Made by a program: the position numbers and the translations under genes | Part shown: piece by piece, positions 62,336 through 64,000 of the stretch | Layout: each line of letters starts with the position of its first letter | How positions within the stretch are numbered: the stretch's first letter is position 1 | DNA from: Coleofasciculus chthonoplastes F2-STO-03 | Lineage (GTDB): Bacteria > Cyanobacteriota > Cyanobacteriia > Cyanobacteriales > Coleofasciculaceae | DNA length: 64,000 nucleotides | Assembly: GCA_040222015.1 (NCBI GenBank) | Contig: JAVJWO010000071.1 | Location: 14,497 to 78,496, forward strand | Direction of reading: 5' to 3' | Notes under the pieces: generated by a model | Databases searched by the model: none | What the model was told of the DNA's origin: nothing | What the model saw: only the letters and a program-made list of their open reading frames with translations

Positions 62336-64000
62336 TCAACCAATTGTTAAATCAACCTGGAAGGTGAAATCATTAAAATCTTGATCACCCCCTCCATGTA
62401 AATCCTCAAAGCCAAAGGTGTTATCACCAAGTAAACGAATATGATCCGCCCCATCACTATTTGCACCTAAGTAGGAAAAGTAGGCAATAGGTTCTCCATA
62501 ACCCAGGTATTGATTGTTAGGGTTCTCAGCCAGCAATTCCGCCTTGGTGCCATTAGCGATAATGAAAGGTGCCAGCAGATTTCCTCCATCTAATTGGGTG
62601 TTAAACTCCACTGTCCCCCGATTCACATCGCTAACCACCGATTGAGCAAGGGCAGCTTGAGCATACCCTTCGTCTTCGGGGTGAATCAATTGACCTGTCA
62701 TGGGGTCTTCCACTGCGCCATCTTCATTTTCAATGACATACAAGCCGACGGAATTATCAAACCCAGCATGACTCTTAACCTCGATAAAATTCGCGTCTAC
62801 TGGACTGGTTTGTCCGCGTAAATCAATAATTTCTTGTTCGCCTTGTAACTGAGTCCCTAACGCTGGAGACTCATTTGTCGGTTCAACCGTTAGCGTCAGA
62901 CTATCGTTACTCTCTGCCATTGGGTTTTGCCAATTGAGAGTAAATTGATTGCTCTCCCCATTCAATACCTCAAAATAATCCGTATTGTTGGCATTAGCAC
63001 CGGGCAGACTAAACCAGACATTTGTTGGTGTTTGTCCTGCGTCTAATGCGGCTCGAACATTATCTGTTGTGTTGTCTTGCACCAGATAAAATCCTAGATT
63101 GGGGTTGGTTTCACCGAAAACTTGCTCCACATCTAAAATCCGAGTCAAGTTATCGCCAGCAAAGTTATTGGGCAAACTAGAGAATAAAACTTTGCCGCTA
63201 TCCAAGGCAGCTTCTAGATAACCAGTTTCTCCGGGTTTAATCCCATCAATTTTACCTGCTGCATTATCCACTTCAAAAATGCCAACTTCACTGACAAACG
63301 ATGAGTTGTTTCCTGTAAGCGTGAACAGGAGGTTACTGGCTTGAGAGTTCCCCTTGAAGAACAACAAATCATTTTTGAAGTTGACTTGAGGTTTGGCATT
63401 GCCGTTATTCGTCGTTCCCCGATTAACCGTTAAGTCAAAGACATCACTGATTTCTCCGCCATTACCGTCATTAGCGGTGAGAGTAATCGGGTTAGTGCCG
63501 ATAGCTTTATTGCGGGGAGTGCCACTAATTACACCCGTGTCCGGATTCAGGTTTAATCCTTTGGGTAAACCCGTAGCGGAGAAGGTGAGAGCATCGCCAT
63601 CAGGGTCATTGAAATAGTCACTGATGTCCAGACTGTATAATTCTTTGGTCTGAGCAGTTTGGTCAGCAATGGCAGAGACTAAGGTGGGGTCATTATTCAC
63701 TACAGGTGCAGGAGTAATATCTAACTCAAACCCATCGGTTTGTGTACCCCCTTGTCCATCCGATGCTGTGACCAAAATATTCAGTTGAGTTTCATCACCT
63801 GTATCGGGTGTACCGCTGAATGTACCTGTCTGGGAGTCAAAAGTTAACCAATCAGGTAAGGCGTTTCCATCTGCTAATGTGGCGCTGTAGGTTAGATTAT
63901 CGCCATCTACATCAGTAAAGTTATTGGTGATATCTAAACTGAAGGAGTCTTCGGCTTCAACATTTTGGTCAGCAATGGCAGAGACTAAGGTGGGGTCATT
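62336..64000 (-). CDS. 3' part of a large surface protein with cadherin/He_PIG-like repeats and a C-terminal DUF4114-like domain; runs off the window
   Basis: Frame open to 64000; NDPTLVSAIADQ repeats 102 aa apart; FGFEDL.GGGD.DFND. Confidence 0.85.
   Translation of the reverse strand, partial: NDPTLVSAIADQNVEAEDSFSLDITNNFTDVDGDNLTYSATLADGNALPDWLTFDSQTGTFSGTPDTGDETQLNILVTASDGQGGTQTDGFELDITPAPVVNNDPTLVSAIADQTAQTKELYSLDISDYFNDPDGDALTFSATGLPKGLNLNPDTGVISGTPRNKAIGTNPITLTANDGNGGEISDVFDLTVNRGTTNNGNAKPQVNFKNDLLFFKGNSQASNLLFTLTGNNSSFVSEVGIFEVDNAAGKIDGIKPGETGYLEAALDSGKVLFSSLPNNFAGDNLTRILDVEQVFGETNPNLGFYLVQDNTTDNVRAALDAGQTPTNVWFSLPGANANNTDYFEVLNGESNQFTLNWQNPMAESNDSLTLTVEPTNESPALGTQLQGEQEIIDLRGQTSPVDANFIEVKSHAGFDNSVGLYVIENEDGAVEDPMTGQLIHPEDEGYAQAALAQSVVSDVNRGTVEFNTQLDGGNLLAPFIIANGTKAELLAENPNNQYLGYGEPIAYFSYLGANSDGADHIRLLGDNTFGFEDLHGGGDQDFNDFTFQVDLTIG

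Overview
Chromosomal window from a filamentous cyanobacterium, probably Oscillatoriales/Coleofasciculus-like (inferred from frequent HIP1 GCGATCGC octamers, heptamer STRRs, and por, psb28, ycf54). Most of it is housekeeping: radC, lipA, pdxJ, crtE, folD, pckA, por, secA, upp, tRNA-Pro(CGG), tRNA-Asn(GTT). Two accessory loci stand out. (1) 12.0-20.0 kb: a geosmin-operon-like locus with two Family 2B encapsulin (cNMP-binding domain) genes and a two-domain GeoA-like terpene cyclase. The cyclase has strongly altered metal-binding motifs (domain 2 looks inactive) and a tandemly amplified C-terminal array of GLGTSA cargo-loading-like peptides. A tnpA-deleted IS607/tnpB element sits between cyclase and shells. 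(2) 46.4-51.3 kb: an RHH regulator, a pentapeptide/TM protein and a NACHT-TM protein. The last two share a ~23-aa G/Q/N-rich motif conserved at protein level, suggesting an NLR-like amyloid/homotypic signalling pair. The window also holds a second tnpA-decayed IS607, a tnpB right-end scar next to an orphan CRISPR-like repeat, several pseudogenes (Uma2, egtC, aspartyl proteases) and many small REP/SDR-like repeats, some inserted in-frame in genes. All family calls come from recalled motifs; no database searches were run.
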